Assembly (NCBI GenBank): GCA_002774875.1
Contig: PCYM01000001.1
Location: 118,153-182,152, forward strand
DNA length: 64,000 bases
DNA from: Candidatus Uhrbacteria bacterium CG10_big_fil_rev_8_21_14_0_10_50_16
GTDB taxonomy: Bacteria > Patescibacteriota > Patescibacteriia > UBA9934 > UBA11717
Reading direction: 5' to 3'
The notes under the pieces were generated by a model. The model was not told the DNA's origin. It ran no database searches and saw only the letters and a list, made by a program, of their open reading frames with translations. The translations under genes were made by a program, and so were the position numbers. Shown piece by piece: positions 9,742 to 22,373 of this stretch. Numbering within the stretch: position 1 is the stretch's first letter; every line of letters starts with the position of its first letter.

Positions 9742-9743
9742 GT

Positions 9744-10313
9744 TTAGGCCTTTCCGAGCGTTTCTTTTCCTTGCTCCCAGTTGACGGGGCAGAGCTCACC
9801 GGTCTGTAACGCCTTGAGTACGCGGAGCGTCTCGTCGATACTACGTCCCACGTTATTACTGTGAATATTCGCGTATTGCAAGATGCCTTCTGGATCAATA
9901 ATGAAGGTTCCGCGAAGGGCAATTCCTTCTTCCTCGATCAGCACACCATAGGCCTCAGAGAGCTCATGCGTCATGTCGCTCAACAGGGGTGTTTTAAGTT
10001 CACCAAGATCCTTGAGCCACGCTTTGTGCGAATGAACCGAATCGGTAGAACACCCGTAAACGTTGGTATTCAACGCCTCGAACTCCGCGCACTGGTTAGA
10101 AAATCCTGTGATTTCCGTAGGACAGATAAACGTAAAGTCGAGCGGATAGAAAAACAGAACAGTCCATGTTTCGCGCGTTCCACCAAGAGAGATTTTGGTA
10201 AACTCACCATTGCCAAGTACAGCGTTGAGAGTGAATTCTGGAGCAGGCTCGCCAACCTTGGCCGGTTCGTAGAAATAGAAGTCCTCGTTCGTTTCTTCTT
10301 CCATAGCTTGCAT
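9744..10313 (-). CDS. 2-Cys peroxiredoxin (AhpC/Tsa family)
   Basis: FFYPLDFTFICPTE peroxidatic Cys motif and resolving Cys region (GELCPVNW). Confidence 0.85.
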   Translation of the reverse strand: MQAMEEETNEDFYFYEPAKVGEPAPEFTLNAVLGNGEFTKISLGGTRETWTVLFFYPLDFTFICPTEITGFSNQCAEFEALNTNVYGCSTDSVHSHKAWLKDLGELKTPLLSDMTHELSEAYGVLIEEEGIALRGTFIIDPEGILQYANIHSNNVGRSIDETLRVLKALQTGELCPVNWEQGKETLGKA

Positions 10314-10369
10314 TGTTAGGGTTTTTTAGGATAGCATAGGCACTATCAACATCATATTACTCTATTTGT

Positions 10370-11614
10370 ATGAATCGTTTCAAGTTATTAGGGGTAGGAA
10401 TCCTTGGCCTCGTACTATTGGGGGCAGGTTGCGGAACGTCTTCAAAGGGAGCTGTATCCGTTATTGATCAAGATCCAAACGCCACAACCACCGCGGGAGG
10501 GTATTATGAGGAGGTGCAGACTGTTAAAGGCGTTCACACGACGGTGCGACCGACAGATATTCATACGAGCGGACAAACGGCAGATACCTTTCCTATTCTG
10601 GATCACGCAGACTTTGTAACCGTGGAGGAAGCAGAGGCGGAGACAGATTATTTTGACGAGCTGTTTGGGTACGCGGTCGAGACAAACGACGGGCCACGAT
10701 TCTATTCTAGTCAGGTACTTGCTTGGCATAATATTGTCCATGATACGATTAACGGCCAGGATGCTCTTATTACGTTTAGCCCGTTGACGGGTACGGGTGG
10801 CGTCTTTGCTCGAGCAGGGGGAGAAAATTTTGCGTTCAGTGGTCTTGTTTGGAATAACGATGCGTTGTTTATGGATACGGAAACAAAATCCCTCTGGAGC
10901 GCATTGTTGGGTGAGTCGATTTACGGAAAACGTGCAGGGGAATCCCTTGTCCGTATTCCGTTTGAGGTGATGACGTGGAGTCAGTGGAAAACGGCGCATC
11001 CAGACGGTAAGGTGATGTCCGCAAACACAGGGTATGAGCGACGTTATAATTTGAGTCCGTACGGATCCTATTTGCAAACGCGATCAATTTACTTTGCGCT
11101 TTCTTCCCCTTACCAACCAGCACTTGAGCCAAAAGCGGTGATAAACGGTGTCACGATAGATGGATTCTCTAAGGCGTATCAGGAAGGGCCAATCGTCCAG
11201 GCGGCCGATCGCGTGTTGAATGACTTTATTGGAGAACATGCAGTTGTTGCGTGGGCCGACGCACAGAATGTGATTCATGTGCATGAGCGAACAGAGGAGA
11301 CAGTGTTTGTAAAGATTAAGGGAGTGGAATTGGTAGATTCAGAGGACCGTGTATGGTCACTGACCGAGAACGGCGACCTTGTAAACGGAGATCAAACGTT
11401 TGCCTCGTTAGCACCAACCAGTACGTTCTGGTTTGCTTGGAGTGCAACACATCCAGACACGGATTTATACGCATACGTCATTGGCAAGGGGCTCGTAAAT
11501 GGGCCGTATGAGTTACACGAAGGAGAGGGGGTTAACTTGGATGACGGGACAACAAAAATTGAGGTGGGAGACACATCCAAACTTGCTCCAGTAATTGAGG
11601 GAGTTTCTAACTAA
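10370..11614 (+). CDS. lipoprotein, DUF3179-like secreted protein of unknown function
   Basis: Signal peptide with lipobox LLGAGC; internal FSPLTGTGG..SGLVWNNDALFMDTETKSLWS pattern resembling DUF3179; assignment from memory. Confidence 0.45.
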   Translation: MNRFKLLGVGILGLVLLGAGCGTSSKGAVSVIDQDPNATTTAGGYYEEVQTVKGVHTTVRPTDIHTSGQTADTFPILDHADFVTVEEAEAETDYFDELFGYAVETNDGPRFYSSQVLAWHNIVHDTINGQDALITFSPLTGTGGVFARAGGENFAFSGLVWNNDALFMDTETKSLWSALLGESIYGKRAGESLVRIPFEVMTWSQWKTAHPDGKVMSANTGYERRYNLSPYGSYLQTRSIYFALSSPYQPALEPKAVINGVTIDGFSKAYQEGPIVQAADRVLNDFIGEHAVVAWADAQNVIHVHERTEETVFVKIKGVELVDSEDRVWSLTENGDLVNGDQTFASLAPTSTFWFAWSATHPDTDLYAYVIGKGLVNGPYELHEGEGVNLDDGTTKIEVGDTSKLAPVIEGVSN

Positions 11615-12282
11615 TGTCTGCAACGCTTTACATGGTTGCAACACCGATCGGGAACATGAAAGATATTTCTGATCGTACACGGTCGACGCTCTCCAGCGTC
11701 GACGTTGTGTTTGCGGAGGATACGCGTGTGGCGCAGTCGTTGTTGCAAAAACTCGATATAAACACGCCGGTTGAACGGTACGATCACCACAGCCACGATC
11801 GTCAAAGTCCTGCCGTGCTCGCATATTTACAAGGTGGAAAAGATGTTGCCTACGTGTCCGACGCAGGAACACCTGGAGTGGAGGACCCGGGCGGACGACT
11901 CGTAGAGGCCGTCACGCGTACGTTGCCAGACGTTGCTATCTCACCGATTCCAGGCCCGTCGGCGATCATGGCAGCGCTGTCCGTGAGCGGATTTCCTGCA
12001 GATAAATTTGTGGTCATGGGATTTGCTCCAAAGAAAAAAGGACGTCAAACATTTTTTGACACGCTCGCCCAAACAGAGGGGACCGTCGTCTTGTATGAGG
12101 CAACACATCGCATTCAAAAAACGATCGAGGAAATCGCAACAAGACAGCCCGATCGACCGATGTTGATTGCACGGGAGCTCACAAAAAAGTTTGAAACGCT
12201 CTTACGCGGCACGGCGCAAGAACTTGCTGTACGGTTGTCCTCAGAAAATACAAAAGGAGAATTTATCGTCGTGGTATCATAG
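11614..12282 (+). CDS. rsmI: 16S rRNA (cytidine1402-2'-O)-methyltransferase RsmI
   Basis: LYMVATPIGNMKDIS N-terminal tetrapyrrole-methylase-like motif typical of RsmI; 222 aa. Confidence 0.8.
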   Translation: MSATLYMVATPIGNMKDISDRTRSTLSSVDVVFAEDTRVAQSLLQKLDINTPVERYDHHSHDRQSPAVLAYLQGGKDVAYVSDAGTPGVEDPGGRLVEAVTRTLPDVAISPIPGPSAIMAALSVSGFPADKFVVMGFAPKKKGRQTFFDTLAQTEGTVVLYEATHRIQKTIEEIATRQPDRPMLIARELTKKFETLLRGTAQELAVRLSSENTKGEFIVVVS

Positions 12283-12289
12283 AGACGCT

Positions 12290-13813
12290 ATGAAAACGTT
12301 TTACATCACAACACCGATCTATTACGCATCAGGGGATCCACACATTGGGCATGCGTATACAAATCTTATGGCCGATATTACCGCGCGCTATCATCGCATG
12401 GCAGGTCATCCGGTCTTATTTGTGACGGGTACCGATGAACATGGAATGAAGGTACAGCAGAAGGCACAGGAAGCAGGAAAGTCACCGAAGGTTTTTGTGG
12501 ACGAGATTGCGGCAAAATTTAGGGAGCTTACTGACGTGTGGAATATCACGAATGACGATTTTATACGGACCACGGAGGATCGTCACAAAGAAACGGTTGC
12601 AGTGTTTTGGAAACGCGTTATGGACGCCGGATATATCTACAAAAAGTCTTACGGTGGTCTCTATTGTGTCGGGTGCGAAGCGTTTAAAACGGAAAAAGAT
12701 TTGGTGGAGGGAAAATGCCCAGATCACGATGCAATACCGGAGCCACTGGAGGAGGAGAACTACTTTTTTAAGCTTTCGGCATTCCAAAAACCATTAGAGA
12801 AATTATTTGATGAAGGTGATGCGTTCGTAACGCCGGTAGATAAACTTAATGAGATGCGTCAAATCCTTACCTCTGGTTTGGAAGACATATCCATCTCTCG
12901 ATCAACAGAGAAATTACAATGGGGTATTCCGGTTCCAGGTGACGAGTCACAGGTGCTGTATGTTTGGTTTGATGCGTTAGTAAACTATATCTCTGCTCTT
13001 GGATTTGGACGTGAGGAAAATCGCATGAAGGAAGCATGGCCAGCCGACATTCATTTTGTCGGTAAAGAGATTAATCGATTTCATTCTCTATTGTGGCCTG
13101 CTATGTTGTTGGCTGCCGGTTTGGAGCCACCAAAACAGATTGCCGTACACGGATGGATTACGGTGGATGGAAAGAAGATGAGTAAGACTATTGGAAACGT
13201 TCTTGACCCATTTATGCTCGTAGAGGAGCGCGGGTTGGAGGCGATTCGTTATTTTATGACGCGTGAAATTCCATTTTATCGCGATGGCGATTTTTCCTTT
13301 GCACGTTTTGAAGATCGATACAATAATGATCTCGCCAACGAACTTGGAAATCTGTTGCATCGCGCAGTTGCTATGACGGATCGCTACCTTGCGGGCGTTG
13401 TTCCGGCACGTGCAGATTATGACGTTGCGTCTCATTGGACGGCGTACCGATCGGGAATGGAGAATTTGCGATTTGATGAGGCGCTTGAGGCTGCATGGAA
13501 ATTTGTTCGAGAGCTGAATAAATATATTGATACGAAGGAACCGTGGAAGCTTGGTAAACAGGAAGATAAAACAAGCGTTTCGGAGGTTTTGTATGTATTG
13601 CTCGAGTCACTTCGACAACTGGGATGGATGCTGATGCCAATTTTGCCCGAGACGTCGATGCGGATCTTTGAGGCGGTTGGGACGAGCTTTGAGGAGCAGG
13701 CACAGTTTACGATGTCCGAGGCGGCAAAGTGGGGAGGACTCAAGCCGGGGCTTTCTGTTGTTCCGGGTGAGCCATTGTTTCCACGTCGAGAAGTCGTCGT
13801 TAATAACGCTTAG
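12290..13813 (+). CDS. metG: methionyl-tRNA synthetase (short form without C-terminal tRNA-binding domain)
   Basis: HIGH motif (PHIGHAYT) and KMSKS (KMSKTIGNV); start at the ATG at 12290 just after the rsmI stop, rather than the overlapping longer ORF. Confidence 0.9.
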   Translation: MKTFYITTPIYYASGDPHIGHAYTNLMADITARYHRMAGHPVLFVTGTDEHGMKVQQKAQEAGKSPKVFVDEIAAKFRELTDVWNITNDDFIRTTEDRHKETVAVFWKRVMDAGYIYKKSYGGLYCVGCEAFKTEKDLVEGKCPDHDAIPEPLEEENYFFKLSAFQKPLEKLFDEGDAFVTPVDKLNEMRQILTSGLEDISISRSTEKLQWGIPVPGDESQVLYVWFDALVNYISALGFGREENRMKEAWPADIHFVGKEINRFHSLLWPAMLLAAGLEPPKQIAVHGWITVDGKKMSKTIGNVLDPFMLVEERGLEAIRYFMTREIPFYRDGDFSFARFEDRYNNDLANELGNLLHRAVAMTDRYLAGVVPARADYDVASHWTAYRSGMENLRFDEALEAAWKFVRELNKYIDTKEPWKLGKQEDKTSVSEVLYVLLESLRQLGWMLMPILPETSMRIFEAVGTSFEEQAQFTMSEAAKWGGLKPGLSVVPGEPLFPRREVVVNNA

Positions 13814-13815
13814 TT

Positions 13816-14340
13816 GTGGAAAATCTTTTTGACATTGTTGTCTTGGTCGCGATTGGAGGATTTGCTCTCTATGGATTCGCCGTTGGTTTTGTACAGGCGT
13901 TGACGAGTCTTGTGGGGATGTGTTTTTCTATTCTTGTCGCCACACGAACGTACCAGGGAATAACAGCATGGATCTTGCCTGAGGCACTCTCAGATCGGTT
14001 TGGTGTGCAACTATTTGTGTTTTTTCTTATCCTCATCTTTATTACCAGTCTCGTAAATATGCTTGTACGCGTGGTGGACCGTGTGTTTCATGTGGTTGCT
14101 ATTATTCCGTTTACAAAATCATTGAATCGATTGTTGGGCCTGATTCTAGGTTTGTTAATTGGAATTTTGACGGTCACTGCGCTCGTGTTTGCCGCAACAC
14201 AGTTACCAGGATTACCGGAAGCATTTCAACAGGCATTAGATGCGTCAATAATTGCGAGGTGGTCATTCCTCTTGTCGGGGGTCTTGGTTCTGTTTTTTCC
14301 TCAGGCGATCGATCAGGCACGAGAGGCTGTGGGAGTTTAG
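13816..14340 (+). CDS. cvpA: CvpA-family membrane protein (colicin V production protein homolog)
   Basis: 174 aa, 4-5 TM, CvpA-like topology; GTG start. Confidence 0.6.
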   Translation: MENLFDIVVLVAIGGFALYGFAVGFVQALTSLVGMCFSILVATRTYQGITAWILPEALSDRFGVQLFVFFLILIFITSLVNMLVRVVDRVFHVVAIIPFTKSLNRLLGLILGLLIGILTVTALVFAATQLPGLPEAFQQALDASIIARWSFLLSGVLVLFFPQAIDQAREAVGV

Positions 14341-14402
14341 GTGTGGATAACTTGTTGACCTACCGTCAGGTTGTGGTAAGCTTCATTTGTTGAATAGCTT
14401 AT

Positions 14403-14466
14403 AGCTCCCGGCAGTTAACCGGGGTTCAACAGGGCGGCTATAGAGCACCTGGCAGTTAACCAGGGC
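14403..14466 (+). repeat. tandem pair of near-identical stem-loops (cccgg-CAGTTAA-ccggg and cctgg-CAGTTAA-ccagg)
   Basis: Two 5-bp stems with identical 7-nt loops, 41 nt apart, each preceded by agcNcc; between cvpA and tatD. Confidence 0.5.
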
Positions 14467-14469
14467 CCA

Positions 14470-14491
14470 GAACGCACAGGCGTTCTTTTTT
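14470..14491 (+). terminator. intrinsic terminator gaacgc-acag-gcgttc plus T6
   Basis: 6-bp stem, 4-nt loop, TTTTTT. Confidence 0.55.
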
Positions 14492-14508
14492 GTTATACTA
14501 AGCTACCT

Positions 14509-15366
14509 ATGATTGATACACATTGTCATGTTCATTTTCAGGCGTACGAAACGAATGGCGCCGAGGTGATAAAACGCTCTCAGGCACAAGGAGTTGAGAT
14601 GATTACCATTGGCACACAGTCCACAACATCTAAAGAGGCGATCGTAACGGCAGAGTCTCATGAGGGGATCTGGTGCACAGTCGGGTTACATCCAAGTCAC
14701 ACACACCAACACACCCTTCACACCGATCAGAATGAGGCGACTGAGGGACAGGTAGAAAATTTCAACAAGGAATATTATCGCGACCTGATTCAACGCTCAA
14801 ACAAGGTCGTTGCGATTGGGGAGGTTGGGCTAGATTATTTTCGCGTATCGGATGAGGTAGCAGCTGACGTCAAACTCACGCAAAAAATTGAGCTTTGGAA
14901 AGCTATGGAGTTGGCGACAGAGACGGATCTTCCTCTTGTTTTGCATATTCGAGATGCCCATGCAGACATGCAAGCGCTCATTCGCGCCGCACAAGAGAAG
15001 CGGATGATCTCGCGAGGGGCGGTCATTCATTGTTTTACGGGGACAACGGAGGAAGCGCGCGCGTACCATGACCTAGGAATCTACACCTCGTTTACCGGTA
15101 TCATTACGTTTAGGGATAAAAAACACCCGGATCAGCTCACGCCCCTCATGAAAACGGTGCAGGAGTTACCCTTGGAAATGATGATGATCGAGACGGATTC
15201 ACCGTATCTAGCACCAGAACCTCACCGAGGAGAGCAGAATGAGCCGTGGATGGTGCGATTTGTCGCCGAGAAAATTGCAGAATTAAAGGGAATTTCTGTG
15301 GAGGAAGTAGATCGAATCACAACAAACACAGCAAAAACATTTTTTCAACTAGCCGAAAGGTCATAA
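14509..15366 (+). CDS. tatD: TatD-family metal-dependent hydrolase/DNase
   Basis: MIDTHCHVHF N-terminal HxH motif; TatD fold pattern; conserved position downstream of metG. Confidence 0.85.
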   Translation: MIDTHCHVHFQAYETNGAEVIKRSQAQGVEMITIGTQSTTSKEAIVTAESHEGIWCTVGLHPSHTHQHTLHTDQNEATEGQVENFNKEYYRDLIQRSNKVVAIGEVGLDYFRVSDEVAADVKLTQKIELWKAMELATETDLPLVLHIRDAHADMQALIRAAQEKRMISRGAVIHCFTGTTEEARAYHDLGIYTSFTGIITFRDKKHPDQLTPLMKTVQELPLEMMMIETDSPYLAPEPHRGEQNEPWMVRFVAEKIAELKGISVEEVDRITTNTAKTFFQLAERS

Positions 15367-15394
15367 GAAATACACATGTATTGGCAAATTTCTA

Positions 15395-15423
15395 TTGACC
15401 TATTCCGGTTCGCGTAGTACAAT
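15395..15423 (+). promoter_or_regulatory. candidate atp operon promoter TTGACC, 17 nt spacer, TACAAT
   Basis: Read directly at 15395-15400 and 15418-15423. Confidence 0.45.
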
Positions 15424-15443
15424 CCGCGCGTCTTTTTAGTCAC

Positions 15444-15731
15444 ATGTGGCCAAGTCGCTGTATGGAGAGCCCGGTAAAACGTGGAAATACGCCGCCAGAT
15501 TCAAAGAAACCTGACGCCTACTACGTTCGACTCGCTCTCCGTATAGCCGCAGACTTTGGTGTCTCGATTGCCGTTCCGGCGCTTGTCGCTACATATGTTG
15601 GACAAAAATTAGACACACGGTTTCAAAGCCATCCCTGGTTATTGATTGCGTGCCTCGTTGTCGCCTTTACCCTGACGGCCCATTGGCTGGTTAAAAAGGC
15701 AAAAATCTATCAGAACATGTACGAAGCGTAG
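15444..15731 (+). CDS. ATP synthase protein I-like (AtpI/AtpZ) small membrane protein
   Basis: Small 2-TM protein immediately upstream of atpB; position-based call. Confidence 0.45.
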   Translation: MWPSRCMESPVKRGNTPPDSKKPDAYYVRLALRIAADFGVSIAVPALVATYVGQKLDTRFQSHPWLLIACLVVAFTLTAHWLVKKAKIYQNMYEA

Positions 15732-15733
15732 AT

Positions 15734-16537
15734 ATGCTACCTCCACTTTCTGCAGAACCTATTTTCTATCTTGCAAGCATGCCAATCACCAATGCGATGA
15801 TTAACGCATTAATTGGTGTTGTTTTTTTTGTGATTTTGGCGCTTGTCTTGTCTCGGAAACGATCCATGGTTCCGCGGGGCATTCAAAATGTTTTTGAGTC
15901 AATACTGGAATTGGGATTGTCGTTTGCGGAACAGGTGACCGGAAATCGAAAGACGGCAGAACGATTCTTTCCGCTCGCGATGACCTTGTTCCTGTTTATC
16001 TTATTCTCGAACTGGATTGGTTTGTTGCCTGGAACAGGATCTATTGGGGTGTTTCAGTTGCACGCAGGGGAGGTTGAATTGATTCCTTTGTTGCGTCCCG
16101 CGAGTTCGGATCTCAATATGACGCTTGCTATGGCCGCGTTATCGATTCTCATGACACATGTTTTTGGTGTGATGGCGATTGGCGTTTGGAAGCATGCGAA
16201 TAAATTCATTAATCTTCGCGGAATTTTCCATGCGTTTAAAAAAGGACCCATGGCCATTCTTGTCTCATTGATCGAGTTTGGCGTCGGGTTGATTGAGTTG
16301 GTGGGAGAGGTGGCTAAGACGCTTAGTTTGTCCTTGCGATTGTTTGGAAACGTGTTTGCGGGAGAAGTTTTGCTCACGGTGCTCGCGGGGCTGTTGGCGT
16401 TTGGATTGCCAATTCCGTTTTTGTTCCTGGAATTGCTCGTGGGTGTCATTCAAGCAACCGTGTTTGCGGTGCTTGTATTGGCATTTGGAGCGGTGGCCAC
16501 GATGTCACCACATGGAGACTCCGAGGAGGCGCATTAA
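15734..16537 (+). CDS. atpB: F0F1 ATP synthase subunit a
   Basis: LSLRLFGNVFAGE motif with the essential Arg. Confidence 0.9.
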   Translation: MLPPLSAEPIFYLASMPITNAMINALIGVVFFVILALVLSRKRSMVPRGIQNVFESILELGLSFAEQVTGNRKTAERFFPLAMTLFLFILFSNWIGLLPGTGSIGVFQLHAGEVELIPLLRPASSDLNMTLAMAALSILMTHVFGVMAIGVWKHANKFINLRGIFHAFKKGPMAILVSLIEFGVGLIELVGEVAKTLSLSLRLFGNVFAGEVLLTVLAGLLAFGLPIPFLFLELLVGVIQATVFAVLVLAFGAVATMSPHGDSEEAH

Positions 16538-16834
<297 letters not shown>

Positions 16835-16918
16835 GTGACCTCAGAGCCCGCAAGGCGGGATTCTGGGCAGAGAAAGTGACCCGTGCGCTTGTTCTGCTCA
16901 GAAGAGATAAGACTACTT

Positions 16919-17566
16919 ATGGAACTACCTATTTTACACATTATTGCAGAGACGTTTATTCAGGTGGCGCATGCGTCAACGACTGTCGCGGAATCCGCGG
17001 AGGTGTTGGATGTGGTCAACCAAGGGTTTGTAGTGGCGACAGAGGTCCCTCATATTGCAGAAGGGGATTTATTAGGATCGTTTGGGATTGACCTCAAGTT
17101 GTTTCTTGCTCAGCTCGTGAACTTTTTGGTGGTGCTGGGTGTGTTATGGATGTTTGCGTACAAACCATTGCTTAAGCTCATGAAGGAGCGCACGCAGAAA
17201 ATTGAGGAAGGTGTTAAGCGTGCGGATGAGATGGATATGCGTATGAAGGCGCTTGAATTAGAACGAGATGAAGTATTGGAAAAGGCACGTTTAGAGGCAC
17301 GAGAAGTGGTAAACGAAGCTGAGAAGTTGGCTGTAGAAAAGGCAGAAGCACTCGTGCAACGATCAAAAACGGAGGTAGGTCGCTTACTTGAAACAAGTAA
17401 GAAGCAACTTGGCGCACAAAAAGTTCAGATGATGCGAGAGGCGCAGGAGGAAATGACAGCCCTTATCCTTACCGTCGCTCAGCATGTTACCGGTGGGGCG
17501 ATCGACGAAAAGGCTGCGGCAAAACAAACAGAGAAGGCACTGACAGATGCCATGAAGAATCTATGA
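16919..17566 (+). CDS. atpF: F0F1 ATP synthase subunit b, with N-terminal extension
   Basis: TM helix followed by a long charged coiled coil (KERTQKIEEGVKRADEM..); start uncertain (16883 or 16919). Confidence 0.7.
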   Translation: MELPILHIIAETFIQVAHASTTVAESAEVLDVVNQGFVVATEVPHIAEGDLLGSFGIDLKLFLAQLVNFLVVLGVLWMFAYKPLLKLMKERTQKIEEGVKRADEMDMRMKALELERDEVLEKARLEAREVVNEAEKLAVEKAEALVQRSKTEVGRLLETSKKQLGAQKVQMMREAQEEMTALILTVAQHVTGGAIDEKAAAKQTEKALTDAMKNL

Positions 17567-17946
17567 AAGTAACTGTCGAAGATTACGGTCGTCTGGTCAT
17601 GGAAACCTGTGGAGCATCTGCTGGAACGCAGCTCGACAAACGACTTCAGGAAGTATTACAACTCATGCGGCTGCGTGGGGACGAGCACCTCACTCATCGA
17701 TTGGCAGGTGCGGTCACGCGTGCGTGGGAGCAACAAAATGGTGGCACCGTGTCCATGCAGATGGCAACAGAAGACGAGAAGCTCGTGCAATCTATTGCAA
17801 AGAAACTCAAGCGTCCCGTGGAAGACATTCGCGTGCTCATTGATCCGACGTTAATCGCTGGCGCTCTGGTACGAGTGGGAAACACGGTGATTGATGGGAC
17901 CGTCGCAGGTCAGTTCGATAAGTTGAAGCAACATCTAGCAACATAA
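17563..17946 (+). CDS. atpH: F0F1 ATP synthase delta subunit (short, 127 aa)
   Basis: Operon position between b and alpha; C-terminal OSCP-like segment (IDPTLIAGALVRVGNTVIDGTV). Confidence 0.6.
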   Translation: MKVTVEDYGRLVMETCGASAGTQLDKRLQEVLQLMRLRGDEHLTHRLAGAVTRAWEQQNGGTVSMQMATEDEKLVQSIAKKLKRPVEDIRVLIDPTLIAGALVRVGNTVIDGTVAGQFDKLKQHLAT

Positions 17947-17949
17947 GGT

Positions 17950-19461
17950 ATGGCAACGTCAAAAACGGTTATTCTCGAGTCGCTCAAAAAACAGCTTGAA
18001 GGATTTTCTCCAAGTACAGAAGCCGTGTCCGTAGGAACGGTGATTGAAGTTGGAGATGGAATCGCACGTATCTCTGGTTTAGAGGAGGCACAGGCGTCCG
18101 AGATCGTGGAGTTCCCAGGTGGAACCTATGGGGTATTGTTGAACTTGGAAGAGGATTCCGTGGGTGCGATTATTTTAGGGGCGTATCGTCATATTAAAAA
18201 AGGTGACACCGTTAAGCGCACGGAGCGTATTTTGTCGGTTCCCGTGTCTGAGGAGATGATAGGGCGTGTGGTGGATCCACTGGGAGTTCCAAAAGATGGA
18301 AAGGGTGCCTTGCCACAGGATCACTTTGAGCCGATCGAGAAAGTTGCACCGGGTGTTATGACACGTCAGTCTGTGCATGAACCGCTGCAAACAGGTATCA
18401 AGGCTATTGACGCTATGATCCCAATTGGCCGTGGCCAGCGCGAGTTGATTATTGGTGACCGTCAAACAGGAAAGACGGCTATTGCTATTGATACAATTTT
18501 GAACCAGAAGGGACAGGGCGTTGTGTGTATTTATGTGGCAATCGGACAAAAAGAGTCAAAAATTGCAAAATTGGTAAAGCGATTGGAGGACGCGGGTGCC
18601 ATGGAATACACGATCGTTGTTTTGGCGGGAGCATCTGACCCATCGGCGCTTTGGTATATTGCGCCATACGCAGGTGCGTCGATAGGAGAGTTTTTCATGA
18701 ACAAAGGCCAAGACGTGCTCGTGGTTTACGACGATTTATCTAAGCAGGCCGTGGCGTATCGAGAAATTTCTTTATTGCTACGTCGACCACCAGGACGCGA
18801 GGCCTATCCTGGAGATGTGTTTTACCTACACTCTCGTCTATTGGAGCGAGCCGCAAAGTTGAATGATAAATACGGTGGAGGATCCATGACCGCCTTGCCA
18901 ATTATTGAAACACAGGGAGGCGATGTGAGTGCCTATGTGCCTACCAATGTGATTTCTATCACGGACGGACAGATTTATTTGGAGTCGGACCTTTTTTATA
19001 AGGGTCAACGTCCTGCGTTAAACGTGGGATTGTCCGTGTCGCGTGTGGGATCGGCAGCGCAAACGAAAGCAATGAAATCCGTCGCAAAACAGCTGCGTTT
19101 GGACTTGGCACAGTATCGCGAGTTGGAAGCGTTCTCGCAGTTTGCGTCTGATTTGGATGAGCAAACACGTGCATCTATTGAACGCGGAAAGCGAACAACA
19201 GAATTGTTGAAGCAAGGACAGTATGTGCCGTTGTCCGTTCCAAGTCAGGTGATGTCTATCTTGGCCGTAACAGAAGGTTACTTGGATGCTGTTCCTGTGG
19301 AGCGTATTCAAGAATGGGAGACCGCTTTCTTGGGGTATATGTCCACCATGCACGAAGACCTTGTTGCAGAAATTGCAACCACTCTTAAGTTGGAGGATGA
19401 CGTGAAGGAAAAACTTGTTGGCATTATTGAAACATTCACTCGTGACTTTGTAAGCGCGTAA
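17950..19461 (+). CDS. atpA: F0F1 ATP synthase alpha subunit
   Basis: Walker A GDRQTGKT; 503 aa. Confidence 0.95.
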   Translation: MATSKTVILESLKKQLEGFSPSTEAVSVGTVIEVGDGIARISGLEEAQASEIVEFPGGTYGVLLNLEEDSVGAIILGAYRHIKKGDTVKRTERILSVPVSEEMIGRVVDPLGVPKDGKGALPQDHFEPIEKVAPGVMTRQSVHEPLQTGIKAIDAMIPIGRGQRELIIGDRQTGKTAIAIDTILNQKGQGVVCIYVAIGQKESKIAKLVKRLEDAGAMEYTIVVLAGASDPSALWYIAPYAGASIGEFFMNKGQDVLVVYDDLSKQAVAYREISLLLRRPPGREAYPGDVFYLHSRLLERAAKLNDKYGGGSMTALPIIETQGGDVSAYVPTNVISITDGQIYLESDLFYKGQRPALNVGLSVSRVGSAAQTKAMKSVAKQLRLDLAQYRELEAFSQFASDLDEQTRASIERGKRTTELLKQGQYVPLSVPSQVMSILAVTEGYLDAVPVERIQEWETAFLGYMSTMHEDLVAEIATTLKLEDDVKEKLVGIIETFTRDFVSA

Positions 19462-19471
19462 AGGGCCATCT

Positions 19472-21768
<2,297 letters not shown>

Positions 21769-21771
21769 TCT

Positions 21772-22194
21772 ATGGCAGCCAAGATTCAATTCTCCATTGT
21801 GACACCAGAGAAAACCGTTCATCAGGCGGAGGTTGATTCGGTTCGTGTGACCACGACCCTTGGAGAAATTGAAATACTTTCGCAGCATATTCCACTCGTG
21901 GCAGAACTCAAACCGGGTTCTGTGGCGATAACGGATGATGGTGCAGAGCGTTTGATTGCGGTCTCAACGGGATTTGTGGAGGTCCGACCAGACAATTCCG
22001 TGATTGTGCTGGCAGATACGGCAGATCGCGCAGAAGATTTGGATTTGGCGGCGATCGAGAAAGCACAAGAGGCGGCAAAACAGGTTATGGAAGAGAAACA
22101 AAATGTAGATGAGGAGGCCTATGCGCACGCGGCGGCTTCCTTGGAACGCGAGCTGGCACGGGCGCGTGTTGTAAGAAAACAGACCCGTCACTAG
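21772..22194 (+). CDS. atpC: F0F1 ATP synthase epsilon subunit
   Basis: Operon position and epsilon-like N-terminal beta-sandwich sequence. Confidence 0.85.
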   Translation: MAAKIQFSIVTPEKTVHQAEVDSVRVTTTLGEIEILSQHIPLVAELKPGSVAITDDGAERLIAVSTGFVEVRPDNSVIVLADTADRAEDLDLAAIEKAQEAAKQVMEEKQNVDEEAYAHAAASLERELARARVVRKQTRH

Positions 22195-22208
22195 GATCAA
22201 AAAGCTAA

Positions 22209-22237
22209 TAAACACGGTTGATACGCCGTGTTTTTTA
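22209..22237 (+). terminator. atp operon intrinsic terminator (aacacgg..ccgtgtt plus T6)
   Basis: Hairpin plus TTTTTT directly after atpC. Confidence 0.6.
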
Positions 22238-22373
22238 GGTATAACCTTCTTTAGTCGACAAGGTGGACAGTGGGGTTCGTTGTGACTCGGTGAAGGTTGT
22301 TCGAGGGGAGTTAGACGAGCATTTCTGTACTATGGGGTATCCGAGGCATGAGTAGGATTCTGTAGGGTACCCG

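Noticed and set aside
12167-12289. Longer MetG ORF start at 12167 overlapping rsmI
   Set aside because: The conserved MetRS N-terminus (KTFYITTPIYY) begins at the ATG at 12290 immediately after the rsmI stop; the upstream extension has no homology.
14403-14466. The two CAGUUAA stem-loops considered as anticodon arms of tRNA genes
   Set aside because: Two identical anticodon-like arms 41 nt apart, no D/T arms or acceptor stem, and position 33 is not U. This is not a tRNA.
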